From an uncultured Gemmatimonadaceae bacterium (lineage in GTDB: Bacteria > Gemmatimonadota > Gemmatimonadetes > Gemmatimonadales > Gemmatimonadaceae): DNA of 64,000 bases. The notes below the pieces were generated by a model that worked only from the letters and a program-made list of their open reading frames with translations, was not told the DNA's origin and made no database searches. The stretch is from contig CAWFQK010000001.1 in the NCBI GenBank assembly GCA_963817955.1, positions 64,001 through 128,000 on the forward strand, read 5' to 3'. Below are positions 28,684 to 38,321 of this stretch, piece after piece. The translations under genes and the position numbers were made by a program. Position 1 is the first letter of the stretch, and every line of letters begins with the position of its first letter.

Positions 28684-30474
28684 ATGATGCCGTGGGTCGA
28701 GCAAATACCCCTTCCTGTCCAGGCCTGGCTTCCGCTCGGTCTGGCAGCGCTCGCTCCGCTCCTCCTGCTGGCGGTAGTCGCGCCCCTCTCGCGTCGTCGG
28801 GCACGGGGCATCGCTACGGTTCTCGCACTGCGCACGGTAGTGGTACTCGGTGTCGGATTTGCCACGCTTGCCACGGTTGCCACGGTATCGGTGGTGCATA
28901 CCGGTCTGCGCGAACTACGCGACCGCCACGAAACCGGCCTACGCGCCCTTGTCCGCGACCTCGAAGCGATGCCGCTCGGACTGGCCGGCGCAAATGCGCG
29001 GCTCCGTCTCACGCTCTATCAGGCGAGAGCGGCGAGTGTCGGCTTCGTTGCCGTCGGCACAAACTCCTGCCGATCCGAGTGCCTCGTGGTCGGCGACGAA
29101 ACTGCGCCCGATCCAACTGCGCTCAAAGGACGGCTCCTTCAGAGTTGGCCGAGTACCCGTCGCGACGAGTATTTCGTTCGCGTGGGTGATCGGCCGTACC
29201 TGCTGCTGTCGGAAGCCGTGCACGACGCGAAGGGCGTCGCGTACGCTACGCTCGTTGCCGGAATCGACGCACGGTACCTTGCCGACCAGGCAACGCGTAC
29301 CGCCTGGATACTGCTCGCCATCTCGTATGCGCTCCTCGTCATCGTGGGTTGGAGCTCGTGGCAACAACTCAATTCGTCACTCGCGTCGCGCATCCACGCC
29401 ATCACGGGCCAGATCCAGGCCGGCAGTGTCAGCGAATCGGACGAGCCCCTCGAGATCGATGGACAAGAGCTGCGCGAACTGGCGGAAAGCGTCTCGACAT
29501 ACATCCAGGCCACGCTCGACGAACAGCGATCGAGCGATGAACGGTATCGACGCCTCGTGGAGCTCGCGCCGGACGGCGTCATCATGTGTTCCGCCGCTGG
29601 GATCAAGTTCGCCAACTCTGCTGCGCTCGCATTAGCCGGAACGCGTAACCGGTACGATGTCATCGGCCGACCGATCGAGAAGTTCCTCAGCTTCGAGCGC
29701 GGACGTGCGGCGGATCCCGCGACCGGCGTGTTGCATCCCGGACGGTGGCGCCGTCTGGACGGCACCGAGTTGCACGTCGAGATCGCCGAGATCGCCGACT
29801 CGAGTCGAGATGGGGTGCAGCAGTTCGTCGTGCGCGACGTCACCGACCGTCGTCTTCACGAGGCAGACCTGGCGCACCGCGCCGAACATGACTCCTTGAC
29901 GGGCCTGATGAATCGCGGCCGCTTCGAGTCACGCTTGACCCACCTGCTCGGGCCCACCGGCGCACCGCATGGCCAGCTGTCACGCCACGTCGCCGTCCTG
30001 TTCATCGATCTCGACGGATTCAAGCCGGTGAATGATCGTCACGGTCACGCCGCAGGTGACGCAGTGCTCGTTGCCGTCGCCGCGCGCCTGAGGGAATCGA
30101 CCCGCGACTCGGACCTCATCGCCCGACTCGGGGGCGATGAATTTGCAGTGCTCCTGGACGTGCGGGATCATGAAGAAGTGACCGCCGTGGCCAATCGCAT
30201 CCTGCACGCACTCGAGCAGCCCGTAACGTTCGACGGCACGGAACTGTACGTGGGCGCGAGCATCGGCATCGCCGACAATCGTTCCGTAGACGCTGCGCTC
30301 GTGTCACTCGCCACCGGAGACATCGCGCGCTCAGCCGCCGAGTTGCTGCGTGCCGCCGACGTAGCCATGTATGCCGCCAAAGCAGGCGGTGGGAGGCGCT
30401 TCGGGCGGGGCGACGGATCCCTCCCAGCATCCACTGAGGACAAGCCGAGCGTTAACTTTCAGGCGATGTCTTAA
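28684..30474 (+). CDS. Membrane-bound PAS-GGDEF diguanylate cyclase
   Basis: N-terminal TM helices, periplasmic region, TM, PAS (YRRLVELAPDGV), HDSLTGL.NR, DLDGFK.VND..GH..GD, I-site RDSD, GGDEF. Confidence 0.92.
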   Translation: MMPWVEQIPLPVQAWLPLGLAALAPLLLLAVVAPLSRRRARGIATVLALRTVVVLGVGFATLATVATVSVVHTGLRELRDRHETGLRALVRDLEAMPLGLAGANARLRLTLYQARAASVGFVAVGTNSCRSECLVVGDETAPDPTALKGRLLQSWPSTRRDEYFVRVGDRPYLLLSEAVHDAKGVAYATLVAGIDARYLADQATRTAWILLAISYALLVIVGWSSWQQLNSSLASRIHAITGQIQAGSVSESDEPLEIDGQELRELAESVSTYIQATLDEQRSSDERYRRLVELAPDGVIMCSAAGIKFANSAALALAGTRNRYDVIGRPIEKFLSFERGRAADPATGVLHPGRWRRLDGTELHVEIAEIADSSRDGVQQFVVRDVTDRRLHEADLAHRAEHDSLTGLMNRGRFESRLTHLLGPTGAPHGQLSRHVAVLFIDLDGFKPVNDRHGHAAGDAVLVAVAARLRESTRDSDLIARLGGDEFAVLLDVRDHEEVTAVANRILHALEQPVTFDGTELYVGASIGIADNRSVDAALVSLATGDIARSAAELLRAADVAMYAAKAGGGRRFGRGDGSLPASTEDKPSVNFQAMS

Positions 30475-30486
30475 CAGTGGAGACCG

Positions 30487-32600
30487 ATGGCGACCACCAC
30501 CAGAGCCGAGCGCAAGCACGCGGGCGGCCTTTCGCGCGACCAGTTGGTCAGCGCTTATCGTACCATGCTCCTGTCGCGACGAATCGACGACAAGGAGATC
30601 CAGCTAAAGCGTCAGAATAAGATCTTCTTCCAGATTTCCGGCGCGGGACACGAGGCAGTACTTACCGCGGCGGGCTTAGTCTTCCGCCCCTCGTACGACT
30701 GGTTCTACACGTACTATCGCGACCGCGCGCTATGCCTGCAGCTCGGCATGACCGCCGAGGAGATGCTCCTCTCCGCCGTCGGCGCCGCCGCCGATCCGAA
30801 CTCCGGCGGGCGGCAGATGCCGAGCCATTGGGGACACAAGAAGCTCAACATCGTTTCAGCGTCGTCGCCTACCGGAACGCAGTTCTTGCAGGCGGTCGGC
30901 TCAGCCGAGGCGACGCTTCGCGCCAAGCTGCTCGGGATGACGGAAGGCTTCGAGAAGGACGAGGTGGTCTTCTGTTCTACCGGCGACGGCACAACGAGCG
31001 AGGGCGAGTTCTGGGAGTCGCTCAATTCGGCATCGAACCTCAAGCTGCCGGTCGTCTACCTGGTTGAAGACAACGGCTACGCGATCTCGGTTCCCGTAGA
31101 AGTGAACACGGCTGGCGGCAGCATCTCCAAGCTCGTGTCGTCATTCCCGGGTCTCCACATCGAGGAAGTGGACGGGTGCGATTTCGTCGCCAGCTACCAC
31201 GCGCTCCAGCGCGCGGTGGACTATGCGCGCAAACGGAAGGGGCCTGCGCTCGTGCACGCGCACGTCATTCGCCCGTATTCGCATTCGCTGTCCGACGACG
31301 AAGTGATGTACCGTCCGCCCGAAGAGCGTGAGGCGGATGCAGTCGCGCGATCCCGTGATCCACTTCCCGAAGTGGCTGGTAGCGGAGGGTTACGCCACCG
31401 ACGCTGATATCGCGAAGATCCAGGAGGAGGTTGCTGCCGAGGTGTTGGCAGCGGCCGATGCGGCGCTCGTCGCCGAGCAACCCGGACCAGAGACGATCTA
31501 CGACGACGTCTATTCCCCTGATGTCGATCCGACCAGCGAACAGTTCGATACTGAAGACGACCCCCAGTTCTCGGGGAATGCGACGACGATGGTCGATCTG
31601 CTCAACGTCTGCATGAAGGACGAGATGCGGCGCGACGAGAAGATTCTCATTTTCGGCGAGGACGTCGCCGATGCGTCGAGAGAAGCAAACCTGGCCAAGG
31701 TCAAGGGCAAGGGTGGCGTCTTCAAGGTGACGTGGGGCCTCCAGAAGGAGTTTGGCGGCGCCCGCGTGTACAACTCACCCCTCGCCGAAGCGACGATCAT
31801 TGGACGCGCCATCGGTCTGGCGATACGCGGATTCAAGCCTGTCGTCGAGGTGCAGTTCTTCGACTACATCTGGCCGGCATACATGCAGATCCGGGATGAG
31901 CTGGCGACGATGCGCTGGCGCTCGAACAATGCGACTTTGCGGCGCCGGTCGTCGTGCGCGTCACGTATGGCGGGTATATCCGCGGCGCGATCTACCACTC
32001 GCAGACAGGGGCATCGCTGTTCACGCACTGCCCTGGTCTCCGCGTCGTCTGCCCAGCTACCGCACTCGATGCGAACGGTCTGCTTCGCACGGCCATTCGC
32101 TGCGAGGACCCGGTCATCTTCCTCGAGCACAAGCACCTGTATCGCCAGACGTACAACAAGTCCATGTATCCGGGACCGAACTTCATGATTCCGTTCGGGA
32201 AGGCAAAGCTCGTCCGGGAGGGCACTGACGTCACCATCGTGACGTACGGCGCTACCGTGCAGCGCGCCTACTCCGCGGCCAACCAGCTGGCCGAGGAGCC
32301 GGGATCTCGGCGGAAGTCATCGACCTTCGCACCCTTTCGCCCTGGGATCAGGAGGCCGTGTACGAGTCAGTGAAGAAGACCAATCGCGCAATCGTGCTGT
32401 ACGAGGACGCGATCTCGTGGGGATATGGCGCAGAGATCGCGGCCCGGATTGCTGACGACTGCTTCGCCTGGCTGGATGCGCCGGTCAAGCGCGTGGCGTC
32501 AACCGACACTTTCGTGGGATACGCGCCGCGGCTCGAGGACGCCATCCTGCCGCAGATCGACGATATCAAGCGGGCCTGTGAGGAAATCGTTCGGTTCTGA
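30487..32600 (+). pseudogene. Fused 2-oxoacid dehydrogenase E1 alpha/beta subunit, split by three apparent frameshifts (pseudogene or assembly error)
   Basis: The alpha part (GHEA, YYRD, GRQMPSH, GDG..SEG...DN, HSLSDD) continues into the beta part ([44 protein letters not shown]) only by switching frame at about 31342, 31933 and 32299. Confidence 0.85.
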
Positions 32601-32616
32601 CGCCGTATAGCCCAGC

Positions 32617-33513
32617 TCAGCCATGCGGCGGAAGTCGCCACTTGGCCCCGGCGTCACCCAGCGGCGCTCCCTCGAGTCCAGGGAGCGCCGCTTGCTTGTA
32701 CCCCTGGGGCAGGATGAGCAAATTTTCGTCGATGTCGCGACTCCGAATATCCGACACCGCCGACGTCTGTTCCATCTGCTCCACCTCTCCCGGTCCCTGA
32801 ATCAGCCGGCTCGACGTGGTCGTTCGCAATGCCACTGCATTGCCCATCCGGGCCGCCGCGGAATCGACTTTCGTCGACAGCTCCCGGAACATACCCGTCG
32901 CCACTGGCGTGCCCGAGAAACCATTGGCCCGCAGCAGCGGATTGCCTGGCAAACCTGGCACCGATGCGACCCAGTAGTCCGTCACGCTCTCCGTGGCCAA
33001 ACGTCGCTGCAACACGCCAGCATCTATGCGCATTGTAAATGCGGTCGTCATCCGAAAGTGCTGCGTGGGAAAGCCGGATATGGTGTCTCCCGGGCCAAGG
33101 CTGTCGAGCGTCACCTTCACGTCGGCAACCGTGGCCTTGAATCCCATCGATTCCATATCCTCCACCCTCTGAATTCCGGCGTCTCGCGGCAGCGGCACGA
33201 ACTCGCGCGTGGCAGGATGGACCACGAGCAGATCGGTGCTGTCGAATAACACATAGTCGCCCTTTCCAAAGAGCGACTCGACCCCGCCGTCCAAGATATC
33301 CATTCGACCGCGGCCCGCAGCGAACACGGCGCTCGCGACATAGCTCCGCTCTCCTGGACCCATGACGCCCGCCATGCCGCCGCCCGGTCTGTGTGCGTCG
33401 CCCACGCGAATGGTGTACGACACACCGTGGAGCACGCCAGCTCGGGCATTTGCCTGCGCTGTTGCCGCTCCTGCGGTGGCGAGCATCATCACGACATGTA
33501 GCAGTCGCCGCAT
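32617..33513 (-). CDS. Secreted hypothetical protein (DUF4412-like)
   Basis: Signal peptide, GGAGG RBS, DTISGFPTQHFR and C-terminal ILPQGYKQ pattern. Confidence 0.7.
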   Translation of the reverse strand: MRRLLHVVMMLATAGAATAQANARAGVLHGVSYTIRVGDAHRPGGGMAGVMGPGERSYVASAVFAAGRGRMDILDGGVESLFGKGDYVLFDSTDLLVVHPATREFVPLPRDAGIQRVEDMESMGFKATVADVKVTLDSLGPGDTISGFPTQHFRMTTAFTMRIDAGVLQRRLATESVTDYWVASVPGLPGNPLLRANGFSGTPVATGMFRELSTKVDSAAARMGNAVALRTTTSSRLIQGPGEVEQMEQTSAVSDIRSRDIDENLLILPQGYKQAALPGLEGAPLGDAGAKWRLPPHG

Positions 33514-33600
33514 AATCCCCTCCCATTACTGTGTGATAGCGAGCATCGTTCCGCGCGCCCTACCCCCGCCTGGCAACCGCCAGCGATAGGTTTCCGGCAC

Positions 33601-34536
33601 ATGATTGCGACCAACATCTGGTTCTGGGTTGGCTTTGTCGGCTTTGTGCTGGCGATCCTGGCGCTCGACCTCGGCGTCTTCCATCGCACGCCGCACGAAA
33701 TCCGACCGAAGGAAGCGGCGACTTGGACCGTAGTCTGGGTGGTCCTCGCGCTGATCTTCGCAGGGGGACTCTCCTTCTTCTTCGGCCATCGATCCGGCTT
33801 GACGTTCCTCACGGGATACGTCATCGAGGAGTCGCTCAGCGTCGACAACATCTTCATCATCGTCCTGATCTTCGACTACTTCCGGGTGCCGAGGATCAGT
33901 CAGCACAGGGTGCTGTTCTACGGCATCCTCGGGGCGCTGGTGATGCGCGGATTGTTCATCGGCGTGGGCGCGGTGCTCATCGCGCGCTTTCACTGGATCC
34001 TATACCTGTTCGGTGCGATGCTCGTGTTCACCGGCGTCCGAATGGCGTTCCGGGAAGAAGAGACGTTCAGCGGCGACGACAATTTCATCGTCCGTGCTGT
34101 CCGCAGAGTCGTGCCGCTGACCGCGACCTTCCACGGGAAGCATTTCTTCACCCGGGAGATGGGCCGGCGCTTCGCAACGCCGCTGCTGCTCGTCCTCGTC
34201 CTCGTGGAATTCACCGACTTGATCTTTGCGATCGATTCGATTCCGGCCATCTTCGGCGTGACGCGCGACCCGTTTCTCGTGTTCACCTCGAACATCTTCG
34301 CCGTGCTTGGTTTACGATCCCTCTACTTCATGCTCGCCGCGGTGATCGATCGTTTCCATCTATTGAAATACGGGCTTGCCGTCATCCTCACCTTTGTCGG
34401 TGTAAAGATGTTGACAGAGAAGTTCTTCGACATCGGCATTGTGCTCTCGCTCGGCATCATCCTCGCAGTTCTGGCCGCGACGATCGCCGCGTCGCTGATA
34501 TGGCCGAGGAAAGCGGAGTCGGGCGTCAACGGATGA
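33601..34536 (+). CDS. TerC/Alx family integral membrane protein
   Basis: LALDLGVF, GYVIEESLSVDN, QHRVLFYGILGALVMRG, DLIFAIDSIPA, TSNIFAVLGLRSLY. Confidence 0.96.
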   Translation: MIATNIWFWVGFVGFVLAILALDLGVFHRTPHEIRPKEAATWTVVWVVLALIFAGGLSFFFGHRSGLTFLTGYVIEESLSVDNIFIIVLIFDYFRVPRISQHRVLFYGILGALVMRGLFIGVGAVLIARFHWILYLFGAMLVFTGVRMAFREEETFSGDDNFIVRAVRRVVPLTATFHGKHFFTREMGRRFATPLLLVLVLVEFTDLIFAIDSIPAIFGVTRDPFLVFTSNIFAVLGLRSLYFMLAAVIDRFHLLKYGLAVILTFVGVKMLTEKFFDIGIVLSLGIILAVLAATIAASLIWPRKAESGVNG

Positions 34537-34595
34537 GCGGCGAGGGTTTACCGGCGGGGCAGGACGAGCAGAGGGAGGCATGGCCGCTCCCCAAC

Positions 34596-34625
34596 AAAAA
34601 GCGGCTCGCGCAGAGCGCGAGCCGC
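34596..34625 (-). terminator. Intrinsic terminator for the small minus-strand gene
   Basis: gcggctcgcgc-aga-gcgcgagccgc stem preceded on the plus strand by aaaaa, i.e. a U-tract on the minus strand. Confidence 0.8.
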
Positions 34626-34667
34626 ATACGATCAGAAATCGTCGAGCGCGTGCCGTCAACGCTGGCC

Positions 34668-34850
34668 TCAGCCTTTTCGTTCGGTTGCATCCCGCACGTC
34701 GAGCAGGATCTCGAAATAGAGTTGCTCGCGGCGATAAGCGAAGTCGAGCGTGGCCATCTGCGAATCGTCACCCGAGGCCTTGGCCCGTTCGAACGCTTCG
34801 CGGTACATCTCGTCGAGGTTGCTGAGGATTCGTTCGCGTGAGCGTGACAT
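34668..34850 (-). CDS. Small (60 aa) helical hypothetical protein
   Basis: MSRSRERILSNLDEMYREAF...YRREQLYFEILLDVRD. GC3-biased codons and its own terminator. Confidence 0.75.
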   Translation of the reverse strand: MSRSRERILSNLDEMYREAFERAKASGDDSQMATLDFAYRREQLYFEILLDVRDATERKG

Positions 34851-34991
34851 GCTGATCTTCTCGAGGGCTCTGAATGTCAAACGGGGAGGGTCGTCGTCGG
34901 CGCGGCTGCTGCGGGTCGCCTTCTATCCGCTCGAGCAGATAGTTGCGCGCCCGATCCATAAGCATCCGACGTGACTTCGGGAGATTGTCCA

Positions 34992-35315
34992 TTGAAGCGG
35001 AACGAAATCTTCGAGCGCGACGAGCACCGATGCGTCTACTGCGGCGAGCAGTTCCCCAACGAGGAGCTGACGCTCGATCACGTGCAGCCGCGGGTTCGCG
35101 GCGGCGACCGCTCGGAGGGGAACTTAGTAACCGCGTGTCAGGCGTGCAACACGATCAAGGGGCATCAGCGCCTGAGCATGTTTCTGTACGAGCACGCCGC
35201 CGCGCGCGCGAATTTCTTCCGATATTCCACGAACGTCTGGCCGCGGCTGCTTCGACTGGTGAACGCGGAGCTCGCGCAGCTCGACGCCGGCCGGCCGGTA
35301 GCCAAGAAGTCCTAG
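34992..35315 (+). CDS. HNH endonuclease (McrA-like), related to the one at 27390-27797
   Basis: IFERD...CVYC...LTLDHVQP..RGG....NLVTACQACN..KG. Start uncertain (34971 GTG or 34992 TTG). Confidence 0.9.
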   Translation: MKRNEIFERDEHRCVYCGEQFPNEELTLDHVQPRVRGGDRSEGNLVTACQACNTIKGHQRLSMFLYEHAAARANFFRYSTNVWPRLLRLVNAELAQLDAGRPVAKKS

Positions 35316-35388
35316 CGCCTCGGTCTCCGCCACGCATTGCATGAGCAGAGGCGGTGTTCCACCATGCAGGGAGGTAGCATTCGTGTCG

Positions 35389-36183
35389 ATGAATATGACC
35401 GAGACCATCCGCATCGGCGACCTGACCGTGCTCCGCGCGGCTCCGCCGCACGCAACGCGGCCGCCAGTGCTGTTCGTGCACGGCTACTTCGCCGACGCGA
35501 CCGCGTTCATCGACTGGCTGCCGTTTTTCGCGGCGCGCGGTTTTCCGGCGTACGCCGTCAACCTGCGCGGCCGGGCTGGCAGCCGGCCCGGTACAGACTT
35601 GGGGCGCGCATCGATCGCCGATTTTGTGGACGATGCATCGACCGTCGCGCGCCACCTCGACGCGCCGTTCGTCGTTGGGCATTCGATGGGCGGGCTGATC
35701 GCGCAGTGTCTCGCCGAACGTGGCGAGGTGCGCGCCGCGGCGCTGCTCACACCGGCGCCCCCGCGCGGCATCAGCGTGCTCTCGGCGCGAGTGGCGATCA
35801 AACAACTCAAATATCTGCCTGCCATTCTCACCTCCCACGTCGTCCACCCCGACCGGCAAGACCTGCGCGAGCTCTTGGTCAATTGTGTGCCGCCTGAACG
35901 ACAGGATCTCCTGCTGGACATGATGATCCCGGATAGCGGACGCGCCGGCCGCGACATGTCGATCACCGGCGTGCGTGTGGACCCCTCGCGGGTGCGCTGT
36001 CCCATGCTCGTGTTCGCCGCTGACGAAGACCGTTTCATTCCCGCGGCGATCGTCGGGCGCATCGCCCGCCGATACGGGGCGCCCCTGCAACTCATGACCG
36101 GCCACGCACACATGCTCATCGTCGAGCCAGATTGGGAGAGCGTGGGCGACGCCGTGGCCCGTTGGCTCGCCGACGCCGGCTAG
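35389..36183 (+). CDS. Alpha/beta fold hydrolase
   Basis: LFVHGY, NLRGRAGS, GHSMGG, DEDRF, HAHM. Confidence 0.92.
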   Translation: MNMTETIRIGDLTVLRAAPPHATRPPVLFVHGYFADATAFIDWLPFFAARGFPAYAVNLRGRAGSRPGTDLGRASIADFVDDASTVARHLDAPFVVGHSMGGLIAQCLAERGEVRAAALLTPAPPRGISVLSARVAIKQLKYLPAILTSHVVHPDRQDLRELLVNCVPPERQDLLLDMMIPDSGRAGRDMSITGVRVDPSRVRCPMLVFAADEDRFIPAAIVGRIARRYGAPLQLMTGHAHMLIVEPDWESVGDAVARWLADAG

Positions 36184-36243
36184 CAGACGGCTTGAAAGCG
36201 GAAACGCGTGGACAGGACACGGGAAGCTCGGGGCATGCGCTGA

Positions 36244-36734
36244 TCATTCCGGGAGTAAGACTGCTCATCCTGACGCGAAGCGAAGGAGCTATTGACCGCA
36301 GACGGCGCAACAGCTTTTGAACGCAGAGGTGGAAACTGCAAGAGGACGCGGAACTGCAAAGAGAACTGCAAGAGAACTGGAAGAGGAATGCAAAGAGAAC
36401 TGTAAGCGTACGGAAGAGGGAAGCGGGTATCGGTGGAATGAACTCGTGATTGCCGAGTCCACAATCATTCCGCCTATGTCGTTAATGATCCCGACCTGGG
36501 CGATACCATCGGAGCATCACGACGGCATCAGCCAAGACATCCAGGCGAGACAATCCTTCACAGTCCTCTGCAGTTCTCTGCAGTTCTCTGCGACGTTATC
36601 TCTGCGACCTCTGCGTTCAAAAGCTGTTCTATCGGTCGCAGAGATCCTTCGCTTCGCTCAGGATGACAGCATTACTCCGGATGACAGGCCGTCGCTCCGG
36701 ATGACAGGCCGTCGCTCAGGATGACGGGCCGCGA
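36244..36734. repeat. Composite non-coding element: nested inverted repeats plus 20-bp tandem repeats
   Basis: Outer imperfect IR 36244-36290 / 36642-36684. Perfect inner 22-bp IR 36309-36330 / 36607-36628. Internal gagaactgca-like and tgcagttctc-like tracts. Three 20-bp units ctccggatgacaggccgtcg at 36675-36734. Confidence 0.9.
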
Positions 36735-36860
36735 TCTTCGCAGCCGCGTAACCGATCGCGGCGATTCACTCGTAGTTCAACAGCTGTATCTTTCCACAGC
36801 CGCTCGGCGCGACAGGGGAAACGCCGTCCGCGCGCCCATCGAGAAATAGGATGATGACCT

Positions 36861-37361
36861 GTGTCGACACCTGCAGATGCCACTCCCGCCCTCACCTCCG
36901 CGCCAATCACGCCGGTCGTCACTCGCAGCGAAGTCACCTGGCGCGGCGAGCGCCTGTTTGACGCGGGTCCCGCCGGTCGCACGCACCGCATCGACGCACA
37001 CGCCAAGGAAGCGCCTGGGCCCGTCGAGACCTTGCTCAATGCGATCGTCACCTGCTCGGCGGTCGACATGATCGAGATCATTGCCAAACGCAAGACGCCG
37101 GTGGAGCGCCTGACGGTGAGCATTGCCGGGGAGCGGCGATCCGAGTCTCCGCGGCGCCTGATGAAGCTCGACATCGAATACCGCGTCGACGGCGCCGGCA
37201 TCGAGCGCGAGCACGCGGAGCGCGCGATTCAGCTCAGCTTCGAACGCTACTGCTCTGTGGCAACGTCGCTCGCGCCAGACATCATCACGAACACGATGCT
37301 CGTGCTCAATGGCGAGCGCGGAACAGCGGTGCGCCAGAAGGTCTGGGAAGCAAGCCGCTAA
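36861..37361 (+). CDS. OsmC/YhfA family protein
   Basis: PGPVETLL.A...C...D, AIQLSFERYCSV; two conserved Cys. Confidence 0.92.
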   Translation: MSTPADATPALTSAPITPVVTRSEVTWRGERLFDAGPAGRTHRIDAHAKEAPGPVETLLNAIVTCSAVDMIEIIAKRKTPVERLTVSIAGERRSESPRRLMKLDIEYRVDGAGIEREHAERAIQLSFERYCSVATSLAPDIITNTMLVLNGERGTAVRQKVWEASR

Positions 37362-37369
37362 TCAGACAT

Positions 37370-38296
37370 TTGTCGTTTCCGAGCGCCAGCGTGTCCAGCG
37401 CCTCGCGCCGGTATCCTCGTTCGCACATCATCGCGGCGTTCGCGGCGGTCTACATCGTGTGGGGTTCGACGTACCTCGCGATCCGCTACGCCGTACAGAC
37501 CATCCCGCCATTTCTCATGGTGGGCTCGCGTTTCCTCGTGTCGGGTAGCCTGCTCTACGCGTGGTCCCGCGCCCGCGGCGCGGCGCGACCAACGATGACG
37601 CAGTGGCGCGATGCGTCGATTGCCGGCGTGCTCATGCTGTGCTGCGGCAACGGCGCGGTATCGTGGGCCGAGCAGCGCGTACCGTCCGGCCTCGCCGCCT
37701 TACTCGTGGCGATCGTGCCGCTCTGGGTGGTGATCGTCGACTGGCTTCGGCCACACGGCACTCGACCGCGCTCGATCGTGCTGCTCGGGGTTATCGTTGG
37801 CCTGATCGGACTCGCCATCCTCGTCGGGCCGGGCGCGATCGCGGGCGGGGCCGTAGTGGATCACACTGGCGCTGCGGTCCTTGTCATCGGATCGCTCGCC
37901 TGGGCGATGGGGTCAGTGTTCAACCGCTACGGCTCTCGACCGCAGACCGCCACGATGTCCACTGGTCTGCAAATGCTCGGCGGCAGCTTCGCGCTCATTG
38001 CACTCGGTGCAGCATCCGGCGAATTTCGCGATCTCCACCCGGCTGTGATTACCACCCAATCGTGGATGGGATGGATCTACCTCGTGACGTTCGGCTCACT
38101 GGTCGGCTTCACGGCCTACATCTATCTGCTGCAAGCCGTGACACCGACGCAGGCGTCGACCTACGCGTACGTGAATCCCGTCGTCGCGGTGTTTCTCGGC
38201 TGGCTGATCGCCGCTGAGCCGCTGAGCGCTCGCTCGCTGATCGCCGCCGCAGTGATCCTGGGCGGCGTGGCACTCATCACCATCAGAAAAAGCTGA
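37370..38296 (+). CDS. EamA/DMT family transporter (YedA-like)
   Basis: VYIVWGSTYLAI, PPFLM..SRF, YL..FGS.VGF.AY, STYAYVNPVVAV; about 10 TM helices. Confidence 0.94.
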   Translation: MSFPSASVSSASRRYPRSHIIAAFAAVYIVWGSTYLAIRYAVQTIPPFLMVGSRFLVSGSLLYAWSRARGAARPTMTQWRDASIAGVLMLCCGNGAVSWAEQRVPSGLAALLVAIVPLWVVIVDWLRPHGTRPRSIVLLGVIVGLIGLAILVGPGAIAGGAVVDHTGAAVLVIGSLAWAMGSVFNRYGSRPQTATMSTGLQMLGGSFALIALGAASGEFRDLHPAVITTQSWMGWIYLVTFGSLVGFTAYIYLLQAVTPTQASTYAYVNPVVAVFLGWLIAAEPLSARSLIAAAVILGGVALITIRKS

Positions 38297-38321
38297 ACGG
38301 GCGACTCGCTGCATGCCGTCG

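Noticed and set aside
31328..32373. Programmed ribosomal frameshifting in the E1 gene
   Set aside because: Three shifts would be needed, with no slippery heptamers or evident stimulatory structures.
33514..33600. yybP-ykoY manganese riboswitch ahead of terC/alx
   Set aside because: The gap is only 87 nt, is shared with a divergent gene, shows no recognisable aptamer, and has a -10-like hexamer 8 nt before the ATG.
34768..34992. 74-aa minus-strand ORF with a repeated PQQPRR
   Set aside because: It overlaps the better-supported 60-aa gene in another frame, and the DNA similarity between the repeats is weak.
36317..36724. 135-aa ORF inside the repeat element
   Set aside because: The translation is dictated by the repeats, starts with TTG, has poor codon bias and no recognisable motifs.
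36675..36734. 20-bp repeats as a CRISPR array
   Set aside because: Units are directly adjacent with no unique spacers, and there are no cas genes in the window.
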